Positions 51,156 to 60,845 of a DNA stretch of 64,000 nt are shown here, in pieces. Every line of letters starts with the position of its first letter. Within the stretch, counting starts at the first letter, position 1. The DNA lies in the NCBI GenBank assembly GCA_030408505.1, contig JAUHQI010000002.1:34674-98673 (forward strand). The letters are read 5' to 3'. The notes under the pieces are model-generated. The model made no database searches. It saw only the letters and a list, made by a program, of their open reading frames with translations, and was not told the DNA's origin. Origin of the DNA: Candidatus Sacchlamyda saccharinae. Its GTDB lineage: Bacteria > Chlamydiota > Chlamydiia > Chlamydiales > Rhabdochlamydiaceae. The translations under genes were made by a program, and so were the position numbers.

Positions 51156-51596
51156 ATGGGGCCAAAAGTCGGAATAGGAATTCTTGTCATAAGAGATGGG
51201 AAAATACTCATGGGGAAAAGGAAAAATGCCCATGGCGATGGCAACTGGGGCTTCCCAGGGGGACACCTAGAATTTTTTGAAACAGTAGAAGACTGTACAA
51301 AACGGGAACTTTTAGAAGAAACAGGACTCACGGCCAATTCCGTTGTATTGGGGCCCTGGAAAGAAATTTTTTTCCAAAAAGAGAAGAAGCACTACCTCAA
51401 CCTGTATAGCTTTGTCACCGATTTTTCAGGAGCGGTCGAAAATAGAGAACCTGAGAAAAATGAATGCTGGCAGTGGCACCCTATTGAAACTCTACCTAAG
51501 CCGCTCTTCACTCCCATTGAGAAGATTGCTATCGATAATTCCCTCTCCGATTTTTTGGATACACACCTAGAGAAAATATCCCCGACTTCGGTATAA
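51156..51596 (+). CDS. NUDIX hydrolase
   Basis: Nudix box GGHLEFFETVEDCTKRELLEETGL. Confidence 0.9.
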   Translation: MGPKVGIGILVIRDGKILMGKRKNAHGDGNWGFPGGHLEFFETVEDCTKRELLEETGLTANSVVLGPWKEIFFQKEKKHYLNLYSFVTDFSGAVENREPEKNECWQWHPIETLPKPLFTPIEKIAIDNSLSDFLDTHLEKISPTSV

Positions 51597-51599
51597 TTA

Positions 51600-52301
51600 G
51601 TGGCAATGATCAAAATTTTTCTAACCCTACTTTTTTTTATGGCAAATCTTCAGGCAACGCAAACCCAGGTCGTTATTCTTCTAGGCCCTCCCGGCGCTGG
51701 AAAGGGCTCTCAAGCAACGTATATCAAAGAAAAAATGGAACTAGCCCATATTTCCACGGGAGATCTTCTCCGTGAGAATATCAAAGCGGGAACCGACCTT
51801 GGGAAAAAGGCAAAATCCTTTATGGATGATGGGAAGCTCGTTCCCGACAATCTCATTTTCGATATGCTCTTTGCCCGAGTTGAAAAGGCCGATTGCAAAA
51901 AAGGCTATATTCTTGACGGATTCCCTCGCAATATCGCCCAAGCGGAAGAGCTCCAAAAAAGACTAAGTGATAACGACGTAATGGCACTAAATCTCGCTAC
52001 CAGCGATTCTGCTATCGTAGAGCGGATCACCAAGAGAGAAATCTGCAAGTCATGCCAGACCCCCTATCATCAAGAGTTCTCTCCCTCCAAAGTTCAGGGC
52101 AAGTGCGATCAATGTGATGGAGAGCTCTATCAGCGTAGCGATGACACCAAAGAAGTCGTCGAGAATCGTCTGAAAATCTACCATGAGCAAACAGCCCCCC
52201 TCGTCGACTTCTATAATAAACAAAAAGTCCTCAAAACAATTGATTCCAATAAATCGAAAGAAGAAGTTACGGCCCAAATATTAAAAGCCCTAGACAACTA
52301 A
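51600..52301 (+). CDS. adk: Adenylate kinase (Zn-lid type), possibly with an N-terminal hydrophobic extension
   Basis: P-loop GPPGAGKGS and Cys4 lid CKSC...CDQC. The start is ambiguous: GTG 51600, ATG 51606 or ATG 51639. Confidence 0.9.
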   Translation: MAMIKIFLTLLFFMANLQATQTQVVILLGPPGAGKGSQATYIKEKMELAHISTGDLLRENIKAGTDLGKKAKSFMDDGKLVPDNLIFDMLFARVEKADCKKGYILDGFPRNIAQAEELQKRLSDNDVMALNLATSDSAIVERITKREICKSCQTPYHQEFSPSKVQGKCDQCDGELYQRSDDTKEVVENRLKIYHEQTAPLVDFYNKQKVLKTIDSNKSKEEVTAQILKALDN

Positions 52302-52352
52302 AATAAATTCACTCATATATAAGGAAAGACTAAAAAAATTTGGAGTTTCCTG

Positions 52353-53690
52353 ATGAGAAAAGAATTACTAGCGCTTAGCTTAGTAGCACCTTCACTTTTA
52401 CTAGCGCAAAATGGGTATGAAGCCATCCCCAAATTGCATCCTTCACCCTCGCATGAAGAAACTCCCATGTCCCGAGAAGATACAGATGACTGCTGCTATG
52501 ATGAGTGCAGCTGTGAATGCTATACCCCATGCTGCTGCGAGCCCTGCTGCGTCCCCGAGCCAAAAAAGTGTATCGATTGTGAATGCTATACCCCGCAGTA
52601 TTATGACCTTCAATGTGATTGGGGAGCATTTTTTAACGTGGACTTCCTATATTGGTACGCACGAGAATCCAATTTAGCTTACGCATCTAAAGTGCAGAGT
52701 CTTACTACAACCACATCAGCTCTTGTAGATGAATCTCAAATCTTTGTACCGAAAACTTACGAGCATTTAGATACTGCTTGGGATCCCGGTGTACGAATTG
52801 GGCTGGGATGGAATTCATCCTGTGATGGTTGGGATCTGTACCTCAATTGGACCTATTTTCAAAATAAAGAAAAAGATTCTATAAGCGTGCCCAATTATGG
52901 AGAGGATCGATTGTCTCCAGAAACCAGGATTTTCATCCCTGCTAATGGTGAATGCGCTCTAATCAACCCTTGGCTCAACGCGAGTCTTCATGGGCCAGAA
53001 GAAGTGCAGTCCTTCGATGCAATGGCTGCAAAGTGGCGACTAAGATACAACAACATTGATTTGGAACTAGGCAGAAAATATTGGCTAAGCAAATGCTTTA
53101 CCCTTCGCCCCTATACAGGATTGCGCGGGGCATGGACGAATACGAAATTTCAGGTGGAGGCCTTCCGCAATCCAAGTGTCGACCTCTCTCAATCATTCGA
53201 AAACCAGTTCACGAACAAGTATTGGGGAGTAGGCTTTGTTGGGGGAATCCAACCAAACTGGTATTTCTGCAGAAACTTTATTCTCTTTGCCAATTTCGAA
53301 GGATCCCTAATTTGGGGAAAATCCGAAATGGACAACCAAGAAGGACAAGTCGAGTTTGAAAGCCTTTCTCAAGGAGAGGCTCCTCAACTCGTCATTGAGT
53401 ACTCTAACACCTCTACGAATAATTTCTTCAAGATGCAAGGCATCCTAGATCTAGCTATTGGTTTGAGATGGGAAGAAACATGGTGCTGCGACAGATATAG
53501 AACCACGCTAGATCTAGGATGGGAACATCACATGTGGTTTAACCATAACACCCGAACCGTCACACTAGATTATTTCCAAAACCTGGTTACCGATCCTACA
53601 TTCATTGCAAACGGATATCGTACATTTGCAGAGAACACAACAGACACCATGTTTGGCGGATTTGTTTTGCGTGCTAGATTTGATTTCTAG
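52353..53690 (+). CDS. Cysteine-rich beta-barrel outer membrane protein (MOMP/Legionella-OMP-like), paralogue 1
   Basis: Signal peptide and an N-terminal Cys cluster (CCYDECSCECYTPCCCEPCCVPEPKKCIDCECYTP). It has alternating amphipathic strands and a C-terminal RARFDF aromatic terminus. GGAG lies upstream of the ATG. Confidence 0.8.
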   Translation: MRKELLALSLVAPSLLLAQNGYEAIPKLHPSPSHEETPMSREDTDDCCYDECSCECYTPCCCEPCCVPEPKKCIDCECYTPQYYDLQCDWGAFFNVDFLYWYARESNLAYASKVQSLTTTTSALVDESQIFVPKTYEHLDTAWDPGVRIGLGWNSSCDGWDLYLNWTYFQNKEKDSISVPNYGEDRLSPETRIFIPANGECALINPWLNASLHGPEEVQSFDAMAAKWRLRYNNIDLELGRKYWLSKCFTLRPYTGLRGAWTNTKFQVEAFRNPSVDLSQSFENQFTNKYWGVGFVGGIQPNWYFCRNFILFANFEGSLIWGKSEMDNQEGQVEFESLSQGEAPQLVIEYSNTSTNNFFKMQGILDLAIGLRWEETWCCDRYRTTLDLGWEHHMWFNHNTRTVTLDYFQNLVTDPTFIANGYRTFAENTTDTMFGGFVLRARFDF

Positions 53691-54055
53691 GTGGATGACA
53701 GACAGAATGTATTCCCATCGAGGTCTTGGAAAAGAGCGTAGGTCCCCCAAGACTCGTCTTTTACATCTTCTGTAAATTCAACCCCGCGCGCCTTTAGATC
53801 TTCGTAGGTTTTGCGGATGTCTTCCGATGTAAAGATGATGTTAGAAAAAGTTCCTATACGCTCTTCATGCCCTTCAGGGGTGAAGAGGACGACCATGGTA
53901 TCCGCTCCAGGGATTTTGAGCTCAATCCAGCGCTGCTCTCCTGGAACAAATTCAGCATCTACAGCCACTTCAAAACCGAGTTTTTCCGTATAAAATTTAA
54001 GCGATTTATCCTGATCCTTAACTGGGATACTGACGTGTTTGACACTAGTGATCAT
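53687..54055 (-). CDS. VOC/glyoxalase-bleomycin resistance family protein
   Basis: 122 aa. VKHVSIPVKDQDKSLKFYTEKLGFEV is a typical VOC beta-alpha-beta-beta-beta start. Confidence 0.8.
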   Translation of the reverse strand: MITSVKHVSIPVKDQDKSLKFYTEKLGFEVAVDAEFVPGEQRWIELKIPGADTMVVLFTPEGHEERIGTFSNIIFTSEDIRKTYEDLKARGVEFTEDVKDESWGTYALFQDLDGNTFCLSST

Positions 54056-54809
54056 GATTTCTCCTATACATTACGAGATTTGTCCCCTCTATGTGCACAA
54101 GAGGGAGTTTTTGAGATAGTTCAGTTAAGAACTGAAATACCCCTCCAAAATGGGGGGTAAAGTCGTGCCATAAAATACACCCGTCTTTTGCGAGAGATTT
54201 AAGAGCATTCTCCGTATCACTTTGAACACAGGGGTAGCTATGTCCCCCATCCACGAAAATAAAATCGAGCGACCCCTCTTTGGTAAACTTCGAAAAATCG
54301 TAGTTTGTAGAATCGCCAAAATGTTGGTGGACTTTATGAGCTACTAGAGTCCCTTGAAACTTACGAATCTGTTTTTTCTCATCTGCTATAAACTGCAGAT
54401 CACTGTCGAGGACGGGGGCCCTCGTTTCAAGTTCCCCTTCTGGCAAATCGATCGTATGAATAAGAGCATCATCAGCACTGTTTAAAGCCATCTGCAAGGT
54501 AGTATTGCCATCAAACGTACCAATCTCTAAAAGACGCTTCGGATTCCTTTTTGCAATCAGCGAAGTAATGGCAATTACCTCGTATGGTGAGAGATTTCCA
54601 TTGCGGGAGAAAAAGTTTTCCAGAGTTAATTTTACCGGTCCAGTAAGTTCCTCAACATTCCTTTTCGAAATCGGAGACCGGTGCATAACCTGCTCATAGA
54701 AAAATTCGCTCTGACAGAATTTTTTGCGAAAACTCTTTTTGCGTAAAAGTTTAAGAAGAACCTTCCTCTTCCATTTTTTGTGGTCAAAGATCTCGTGTTT
54801 TATATGCAT
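54045..54809 (-). CDS. Class I SAM-dependent methyltransferase (Methyltransf_24-like)
   Basis: LLEIGTFDGNTTLQMA (motif I) and DFIFVDGGHSY. Confidence 0.75.
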   Translation of the reverse strand: MHIKHEIFDHKKWKRKVLLKLLRKKSFRKKFCQSEFFYEQVMHRSPISKRNVEELTGPVKLTLENFFSRNGNLSPYEVIAITSLIAKRNPKRLLEIGTFDGNTTLQMALNSADDALIHTIDLPEGELETRAPVLDSDLQFIADEKKQIRKFQGTLVAHKVHQHFGDSTNYDFSKFTKEGSLDFIFVDGGHSYPCVQSDTENALKSLAKDGCILWHDFTPHFGGVFQFLTELSQKLPLVHIEGTNLVMYRRNHDH

Positions 54810-54947
54810 ACGACCAGTCTAAACAGGTCACCCTTTCCTCTTCAAGAACAGAATTTTTCGGCATTCGCAAGATTTAGGTTTGATTTTTAATTACGACCTA
54901 TTATAAATTTAACTTTTCCTTCATACACCACCTAAATGAGGTCATTC

Positions 54948-56234
54948 ATGAATAAGAAACTCCTAGCACTTAGCCTCGTAGCTGCGCCTGGTTTGATGGC
55001 GCAAGAGGCTTCTGAATCAACTAACGCACATGAGCAGACTGGTTACTGCAATACATGTTGCTGCAGCCCGTGCTGCTGCAAGCCATGCTGTGTGCCTAAA
55101 CCAAAAAAATGCATCGATTGCGAATGCTACACACCTGCTTTCTATGACTTGCAGTGTGACTGTGGTTTCTTCTTCGACGTAGAATTCCTATACTGGTACG
55201 CAGGGGAGACAGATCTCTCGTATGCCCTTAAGGCACAATCAACGCCAAGAACTGATCAGCCAGTTATTCCTTCTACTCTAGTTTTTGCTCCGCAAAACTA
55301 CAAGTCGATCAACACAAAATGGGATCCTGGATTCCGCATTGGCATCGGCTGGAATAGCGAGTGTGACGGTTGGGATTACTACCTAAACTGGACCTACTAC
55401 TGCAACAAGAGCAGCAACTCAACTTCTGTTCCTGATACCTATAACCAAAACGGTGATTTTGGATTGGCAGCAGAAGGACAAGAATTCCTTCTTAACCCAT
55501 GGATCAACCAATCTTTCCATGGTATCAATCCAAATTCAGACATTCTTACATTTGATAAGATCAGTGCAAAGTGGAGACTCACTTTCAACCAAGTGGATCT
55601 AGAACTTGGCCGTAAATACTGGTTAAGCCGCTGCTTCAACTTGCGTCCATACACTGGACTTCGTGGAGCTTGGACTCGCACAAACTTCAGAACCAAGTCT
55701 TTCCGCGACTTCTCTGATGGTCTAACCACTTACGATATTGACTTCAGCGATAAGTTTAAGTCTCGTACATGGGGTGTAGGTTTCCTCGGTGGTATCCAGC
55801 CAACTTGGTACTTCTGTGATAACTTCGCTCTCTACAGTAACATGGATGTTGCTCTTCTATGGGGTGACTTCGAAGTTAAGAAAAGCGAAAGCTACGTTTG
55901 TGTAACGGATCAGGCAGGTACTGTCACAATCGATCCTAACTACAGCAACAGCTCTACTAACAAGTTCTCTCAGATGCATGCGCTACTAGACGTTGCAATC
56001 GGTCTTCGTTGGGAAGAATACTGGTGCTGTGATCAATATCGCTCAAACCTTGATTTGGGTTGGGAACACCACATCTGGCTAAATCACAACCACAGAAACA
56101 AAACTTATGATTACTTTGCATCCCCTGGAGCAACTACATTAGATCCTAGTGTAGATGGTTTCCGTCAATATGACGAAGCAACTGGTGATCTAGGTCTTGG
56201 TGGTCTTGTGATCCGCCTACGTTTCGACTGGTAA
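54948..56234 (+). CDS. Cysteine-rich beta-barrel outer membrane protein, paralogue 2
   Basis: Same architecture as 52353-53690 (CNTCCCSPCCCKPCCVPKPKKCIDCECYTP, FLYWYA, GLRWEE.WCCD.YR, C-terminal RLRFDW). GAGG lies 6 nt upstream of the ATG at 54948; the ORF is open from 54936. Confidence 0.8.
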   Translation: MNKKLLALSLVAAPGLMAQEASESTNAHEQTGYCNTCCCSPCCCKPCCVPKPKKCIDCECYTPAFYDLQCDCGFFFDVEFLYWYAGETDLSYALKAQSTPRTDQPVIPSTLVFAPQNYKSINTKWDPGFRIGIGWNSECDGWDYYLNWTYYCNKSSNSTSVPDTYNQNGDFGLAAEGQEFLLNPWINQSFHGINPNSDILTFDKISAKWRLTFNQVDLELGRKYWLSRCFNLRPYTGLRGAWTRTNFRTKSFRDFSDGLTTYDIDFSDKFKSRTWGVGFLGGIQPTWYFCDNFALYSNMDVALLWGDFEVKKSESYVCVTDQAGTVTIDPNYSNSSTNKFSQMHALLDVAIGLRWEEYWCCDQYRSNLDLGWEHHIWLNHNHRNKTYDYFASPGATTLDPSVDGFRQYDEATGDLGLGGLVIRLRFDW

Positions 56235-56254
56235 GTCGAATCGCTAGAGATTCT

Positions 56255-56291
56255 ACAAAAAAGCGCTCAGAGCTTCTGAGCGCTTTTTTTT
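56255..56291. terminator. Bidirectional Rho-independent terminator
   Basis: A-run, 9-bp stem gcgctcaga/tctgagcgc (56263-56283), then T-run 56284-56291. It lies between convergent genes. Confidence 0.8.
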
Positions 56292-56298
56292 ATGCCTT

Positions 56299-56763
56299 TT
56301 ATCTTCTAGCTTCTCTTTGCCAGTAGACGAGACCAATGATGATGGGAATAAAGATATCAGCCCAGAAATAAACTCCAGCATTGCCAGAAGCAAAGTTGCC
56401 CGTTTCGGTCATATTGCGAATATGCCCAATAGCATCGCCCCAAAGCCAGATCGTATTTCCCAATAGGGCAGCAAAAAGAAAACTTCCTCTTAGCCAAAAG
56501 CTCAAGATGGCTAAAATACCAAAGCTAAGATTTGCAATCCCCACCTCAAATTGAAAAGGGCTACCAGGAGCCCACCCGATGAGGGCCGCTACACGGTCTG
56601 CGTAGAAAACATGCCCTATAAAATTGCCAATCCCGGTCAACCCAAGAGCAAACAACATCAGATAGCCGAGCAGGAGCTCAAGCGTTTTTTTGGGATATTT
56701 CTTTTGAAAGCCCCAGTGAAGGAAAAAAATTACCAGAGCCAAAACAAGAAAAACGACAGGCAT
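56299..56763 (-). CDS. Hypothetical small polytopic membrane protein
   Basis: 154 aa with four hydrophobic helices. No motif recognised. Confidence 0.5.
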   Translation of the reverse strand: MPVVFLVLALVIFFLHWGFQKKYPKKTLELLLGYLMLFALGLTGIGNFIGHVFYADRVAALIGWAPGSPFQFEVGIANLSFGILAILSFWLRGSFLFAALLGNTIWLWGDAIGHIRNMTETGNFASGNAGVYFWADIFIPIIIGLVYWQREARR

Positions 56764-56771
56764 ACAACCTC

Positions 56772-57377
56772 CTATAGGTCTTTGAAGGAATCCTCATCCC
56801 AATAGCTATCTCCATAGCTATAGAGCAATTGTGCTCCCTTCTTGATCCCCCGGTGACAAGCAGTAAAGATAATACGCGGCCCCCACTCAGAATAGTGTTC
56901 CCAAGCCACCACATTCGTCTTCTTATCCCCTTCCGAGCTGTGGTTCATAAAGCGACACCAATTTCCTGCCCTGACCCCATCAATCGAAAACTTTGGAAAT
57001 TCAGTGAACATAAACGTGCTGTCATTGTTTGGATCAACAAGTTTATCGGGCATCAGAATGCCCCCATACGAGTTTAAAACACTATAGGGGGGAATGTATT
57101 CCTTCGCAAAAACCCCATGTCCTATCTCTTTGCTAATATGGCGAATAGCCACCCGTTTAGTAAATGGGAGATCATCCCCGAGCTTGTGAATTTTTCTTAA
57201 AAGCGAGTCAAAGCGCTTTCTTCGAGAGACCGAGCCAACCTGCTCCATTTCATCTTGAAATTTCTTCCAGGCCCTCTCATATTCTTTTTTGTACTTAGGG
57301 TCGACAACAGCATCAGGCACATACTTAATCGGGGTGCTGATGCCAAAACGCTTTTTAAATGTGGGGTCTTCTTTCAT
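56772..57377 (-). CDS. SET-domain protein-lysine methyltransferase
   Basis: RFMNHSSEG (NHS motif), LLYSYGDSYW (post-SET Tyr region) and GHGVFA. The size and layout are like the chlamydial SET proteins (NUE/cpnSET class). Confidence 0.8.
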   Translation of the reverse strand: MKEDPTFKKRFGISTPIKYVPDAVVDPKYKKEYERAWKKFQDEMEQVGSVSRRKRFDSLLRKIHKLGDDLPFTKRVAIRHISKEIGHGVFAKEYIPPYSVLNSYGGILMPDKLVDPNNDSTFMFTEFPKFSIDGVRAGNWCRFMNHSSEGDKKTNVVAWEHYSEWGPRIIFTACHRGIKKGAQLLYSYGDSYWDEDSFKDL

Positions 57378-57444
57378 AAGTCAACCTATACCCTAACACA
57401 GAAGTAGTTTCAAGAAATTCTTAAATACGTTAAAAATATAAGAT

Positions 57445-58860
57445 ATGAGAGTTCTCCTAACTGGTGCAAATGGCTACATTGGCACCCGCCTACTTCCCCT
57501 TTTAATCGAACAAGGGCATGAAGTCATTGCTCTTGTACGCAATAAAGAGCGGATGAAAAACACCGATGTAGAGATCATTGAGAGAAATCTTCTCGAGCCG
57601 CTCACTCTACCTGAGGATATTGACGCAGCTTACTACCTCGTCCATGCTATGAGCGATGATCCCGAACTTTTCGCTGTCCGCGATAGAGTCTCTGCTCTTA
57701 ACTTTACAGCAGCACTAAAAAAAACACGCTGCAGACAAATAATCTACTTAAGCGGCCTTGCCAGCTCACCTCACCTATCAAAACACCTTTCTTCTCGCCT
57801 TGAGGTAGAAGAAATCCTTAAGACAAGCGGCATCCCCTCCACGTCTCTTAGAGCCAGCATCATAATCGGCTCAGGCAGCGCCTCTTTTGAGATGATCCGT
57901 GATCTCGTGGAAAAACTTCCCTTTATGGTTGCCCCACGATGGGTGCTAAATAAATGCCAGCCGATCGCAGTGCGTGACGTTTTAGATTATTTAATAGGAG
58001 TGTTGGGGAAAGAAGAGTGTAGGAACAAAATTTTCGAGCTAGGAGGCCCAGAAGCAATCACCTATAAAGACATGCTCCTGCGGTACGCAAAAGTCCGTGG
58101 TTTAAAAAGAATACTTATCCCCATTCCACTCCTCACTCCAAAACTCTCCTCTTACTGGCTTATATTCATCACAAGCACAAACTACTATTTGGCCAGATCT
58201 CTCATCGACAGTCTAAAAAATGATTCGGTGCAAACCGATTTCTCCATCAATGAACTGATTCCTAAAGAATGCCTTACCTACGAAGAGTCGATCGAACGAG
58301 CCCTGCAAAAAATCCAGCAGAATGCCGTCCTCTCCAGTTGGCGAGATTCTTGGGTCGCAAGTGATCTGCCCAGTAGCTATGCAAAATTTGTTGAAGTCCC
58401 GAAATTTGGGTGCGTCTCTCAAACCACTCCATTTCGCTTCAAAGGAGACCCCGATAAAGTGATGGAAGCCGTCTTTTCTCTTGGGGGGAAAGAGGGCTAT
58501 TATATGAATTGGGCCTGGAAACTTCGCGGGCTTATTGACAAGACATTTGGGGGTGTCGGACTTAGACGGGGAAAGACAGCCCGCAAACACTTGAGGCCGG
58601 GTGATGCACTCGACTTTTGGAGAGTACTACTTGCTGATAAAGAAAATCAGAGATTACTGCTCTTTGCCGAGATGCGCGTTCCAGGAGAAGCCTGGCTAGA
58701 ATTTCGGATAGAAAACTCGACTCTATATCAAACAGCGACATTCAGACCCAAAGGGCTGCTCGGAAGACTCTACTGGTATATCCTCTACCCTATCCATTCC
58801 CTCATTTTTAAAGGACTTGGGAAAAAAATGATTAAAGCATCTGGAGCAATAGTATTATGA
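57445..58860 (+). CDS. NAD(P)-binding SDR-family protein with C-terminal DUF2867-like domain
   Basis: MRVLLTGANGYIGTRLL Rossmann start. 471 aa with an extra ~170-aa C-terminal domain. Confidence 0.7.
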   Translation: MRVLLTGANGYIGTRLLPLLIEQGHEVIALVRNKERMKNTDVEIIERNLLEPLTLPEDIDAAYYLVHAMSDDPELFAVRDRVSALNFTAALKKTRCRQIIYLSGLASSPHLSKHLSSRLEVEEILKTSGIPSTSLRASIIIGSGSASFEMIRDLVEKLPFMVAPRWVLNKCQPIAVRDVLDYLIGVLGKEECRNKIFELGGPEAITYKDMLLRYAKVRGLKRILIPIPLLTPKLSSYWLIFITSTNYYLARSLIDSLKNDSVQTDFSINELIPKECLTYEESIERALQKIQQNAVLSSWRDSWVASDLPSSYAKFVEVPKFGCVSQTTPFRFKGDPDKVMEAVFSLGGKEGYYMNWAWKLRGLIDKTFGGVGLRRGKTARKHLRPGDALDFWRVLLADKENQRLLLFAEMRVPGEAWLEFRIENSTLYQTATFRPKGLLGRLYWYILYPIHSLIFKGLGKKMIKASGAIVL

Positions 58861-60209
58861 GCGTGGGCGTTGTTTGGCACCAAACTGATCTTCGGACAGA
58901 GTGGAATCCAGCTCTTTCCGAAGCGATAAAAGAAAACGACTTCATCGTTCCCCTTTTTATTTTAGATGAGGGCTTTGGAGCCGCAAGCCTCTGGTGGCTT
59001 AAAAAAAGCTTAGAGTCGTTGGCAAGAACATACAAGAACTACGAAAACACCCTTGTCTTTCGAAAGGGAGATACCCTTTCCATACTAGAAGAGGTTTTTC
59101 GATCGACCAGCGCAAGCAAGATCTATTTTAACATCCGATATACACCAACCTCCCTTTCGATACAGAAAAAAGCGTTCGATCAATTTCCGTGCGCTTTATA
59201 TCTTGGAAACCATCTAGTCAATCCAAAAGAGATTCTCACTAAAGAGGGGAAACCATATTCCGTGTTTACCCCCTTTTATAAAGCGTGCCTCAAGGAGATT
59301 CAAATCCCAAGAAAACCAACGCTTCCCAAAAAAATTCCAGGGATAAAAGATTTAAAAAGTGACCTTTTTCCCAAAGAACAACAATGGATGAAAAAGTTTG
59401 AAAAACACTGGACCCCTGGTAGAGAAGGGGGATTGATAAGTTTAAAATCTTTTGTAAAATCACCATTAAAAAAGTATGCAATCGACAGAGACTTCCCAGC
59501 TGTACAGGGAACATCACGCCTCTCCCCCCACCTCCATTTTGGTGAGCTATCTCCTCCTGAAATTTGGCTTGCGGCACAAAGCAATGACTCTTTTACTCGC
59601 CAACTTATCTGGCGAGAATTTGGCACCTATTTCCTTTATCACAACCCAGATGCTGAAAAAAATAACTGGAATCAAAAATTTAATGAGTTTCAATGGGAGA
59701 ATAACGTAAAAATTTTTGAAAAGTGGGCTCATGGAAAAACTGGATACCCCATTGTCGATGCTGCTATGCGACAGCTTTGGGAAACAGGTTGGATGCACAA
59801 CAGACTTAGAATGATCGTAGCCTCTTTCCTTGTTAAAGACCTCTTGATAGATTGGAAAATGGGAGAACGGTGGTTTTGGGACACTCTTGTTGACGCCGAT
59901 CTAGGCAATAATATCCTTGGCTGGCAATGGACAGCTGGCTGCGGTCCCGATGCAGCCCCCTACTTTCGAGTTTTCAACCCTGTCTTGCAAGGGCAAAAAT
60001 TTGACCCCGACGGAAAGTTTGTCCGTCAGTATGTCCCAGAACTTTCAAACCTTCCTACAAAATGGATTCATTGTCCTTGGGAAGCATCTAATGAGGTACT
60101 GCAAGAGGCAAATATCGAACTTGGGAAAACCTATCCTAAGCCTCTTGTAGACCATCAAATCGCAAGAAAAGAAGCCCTCAAACGATTTGAAAAAATTAAA
60201 GGTAGATAA
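58857..60209 (+). CDS. phr: Deoxyribodipyrimidine photolyase/cryptochrome family protein
   Basis: FAD-binding blocks TSRLSPHLHFGELS, WREF, TGYPIVDAAMRQL, GWMHNRLRM, WQWTAG and FRVFNP. Confidence 0.9.
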   Translation: MSVGVVWHQTDLRTEWNPALSEAIKENDFIVPLFILDEGFGAASLWWLKKSLESLARTYKNYENTLVFRKGDTLSILEEVFRSTSASKIYFNIRYTPTSLSIQKKAFDQFPCALYLGNHLVNPKEILTKEGKPYSVFTPFYKACLKEIQIPRKPTLPKKIPGIKDLKSDLFPKEQQWMKKFEKHWTPGREGGLISLKSFVKSPLKKYAIDRDFPAVQGTSRLSPHLHFGELSPPEIWLAAQSNDSFTRQLIWREFGTYFLYHNPDAEKNNWNQKFNEFQWENNVKIFEKWAHGKTGYPIVDAAMRQLWETGWMHNRLRMIVASFLVKDLLIDWKMGERWFWDTLVDADLGNNILGWQWTAGCGPDAAPYFRVFNPVLQGQKFDPDGKFVRQYVPELSNLPTKWIHCPWEASNEVLQEANIELGKTYPKPLVDHQIARKEALKRFEKIKGR

Positions 60210-60240
60210 AAAACAGATAGACCACCTATATTCCATATTC

Positions 60241-60840
60241 ATGAAATATTTAGCCTTTTTTTTATGCGTTCTTTCTTCCCTTTCTGCCTTTGATCGTGAG
60301 ATTGAATCAATCACCTACCGCTCCCAAGCAGGCGCCACCATATCTCTTATCCAACTAAATGATGGCTCTGTCTGGAAATGGAGCCCAGACCTATATAGTG
60401 AAAACCTCCTTCGCCGCTGGGAAGTGGGCGATAGAGTGCTCATCCAAGCAATTAACCATCCTGGTTTTGGACTAAAAAATTTAGATAAACCTCACTACAC
60501 GCCAATCGTATCCCTTAGCTTCAATTCCTACCCCCTCTATCCAACTGTAAAAAAATGTGATAACTCATACGGCGTTCTCGAACTCAGCGATGGCACCAAA
60601 TGGGAAATCCTCTACGACTTTAACATCAGAACACTCCACCATTGGACAACCGGTGATCGGATCATCGCCGTCAAGGGCATTCAAGATAATTTTGAGCTCA
60701 TCAACCTCGACATTCCCCACGAAAACAGGGGGCAAATCGAGCGGTTCATGGAAGTCACTCCAACCCCATCTTCCCTCTGCCAAGAGCCTGTGAAAGAAGA
60801 AATCTTGAGCGCAAACCCCCAATCTGCTATTATTCATTAA
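60241..60840 (+). CDS. Hypothetical secreted protein with two ~75-aa internal repeats
   Basis: Signal peptide MKYLAFFLCVLSSLSAF. Repeat pattern L.DGS.W.......L..W..GDR(V/I).........F.L.NLD occurs twice. Confidence 0.5.
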   Translation: MKYLAFFLCVLSSLSAFDREIESITYRSQAGATISLIQLNDGSVWKWSPDLYSENLLRRWEVGDRVLIQAINHPGFGLKNLDKPHYTPIVSLSFNSYPLYPTVKKCDNSYGVLELSDGTKWEILYDFNIRTLHHWTTGDRIIAVKGIQDNFELINLDIPHENRGQIERFMEVTPTPSSLCQEPVKEEILSANPQSAIIH

Positions 60841-60845
60841 CTCAT

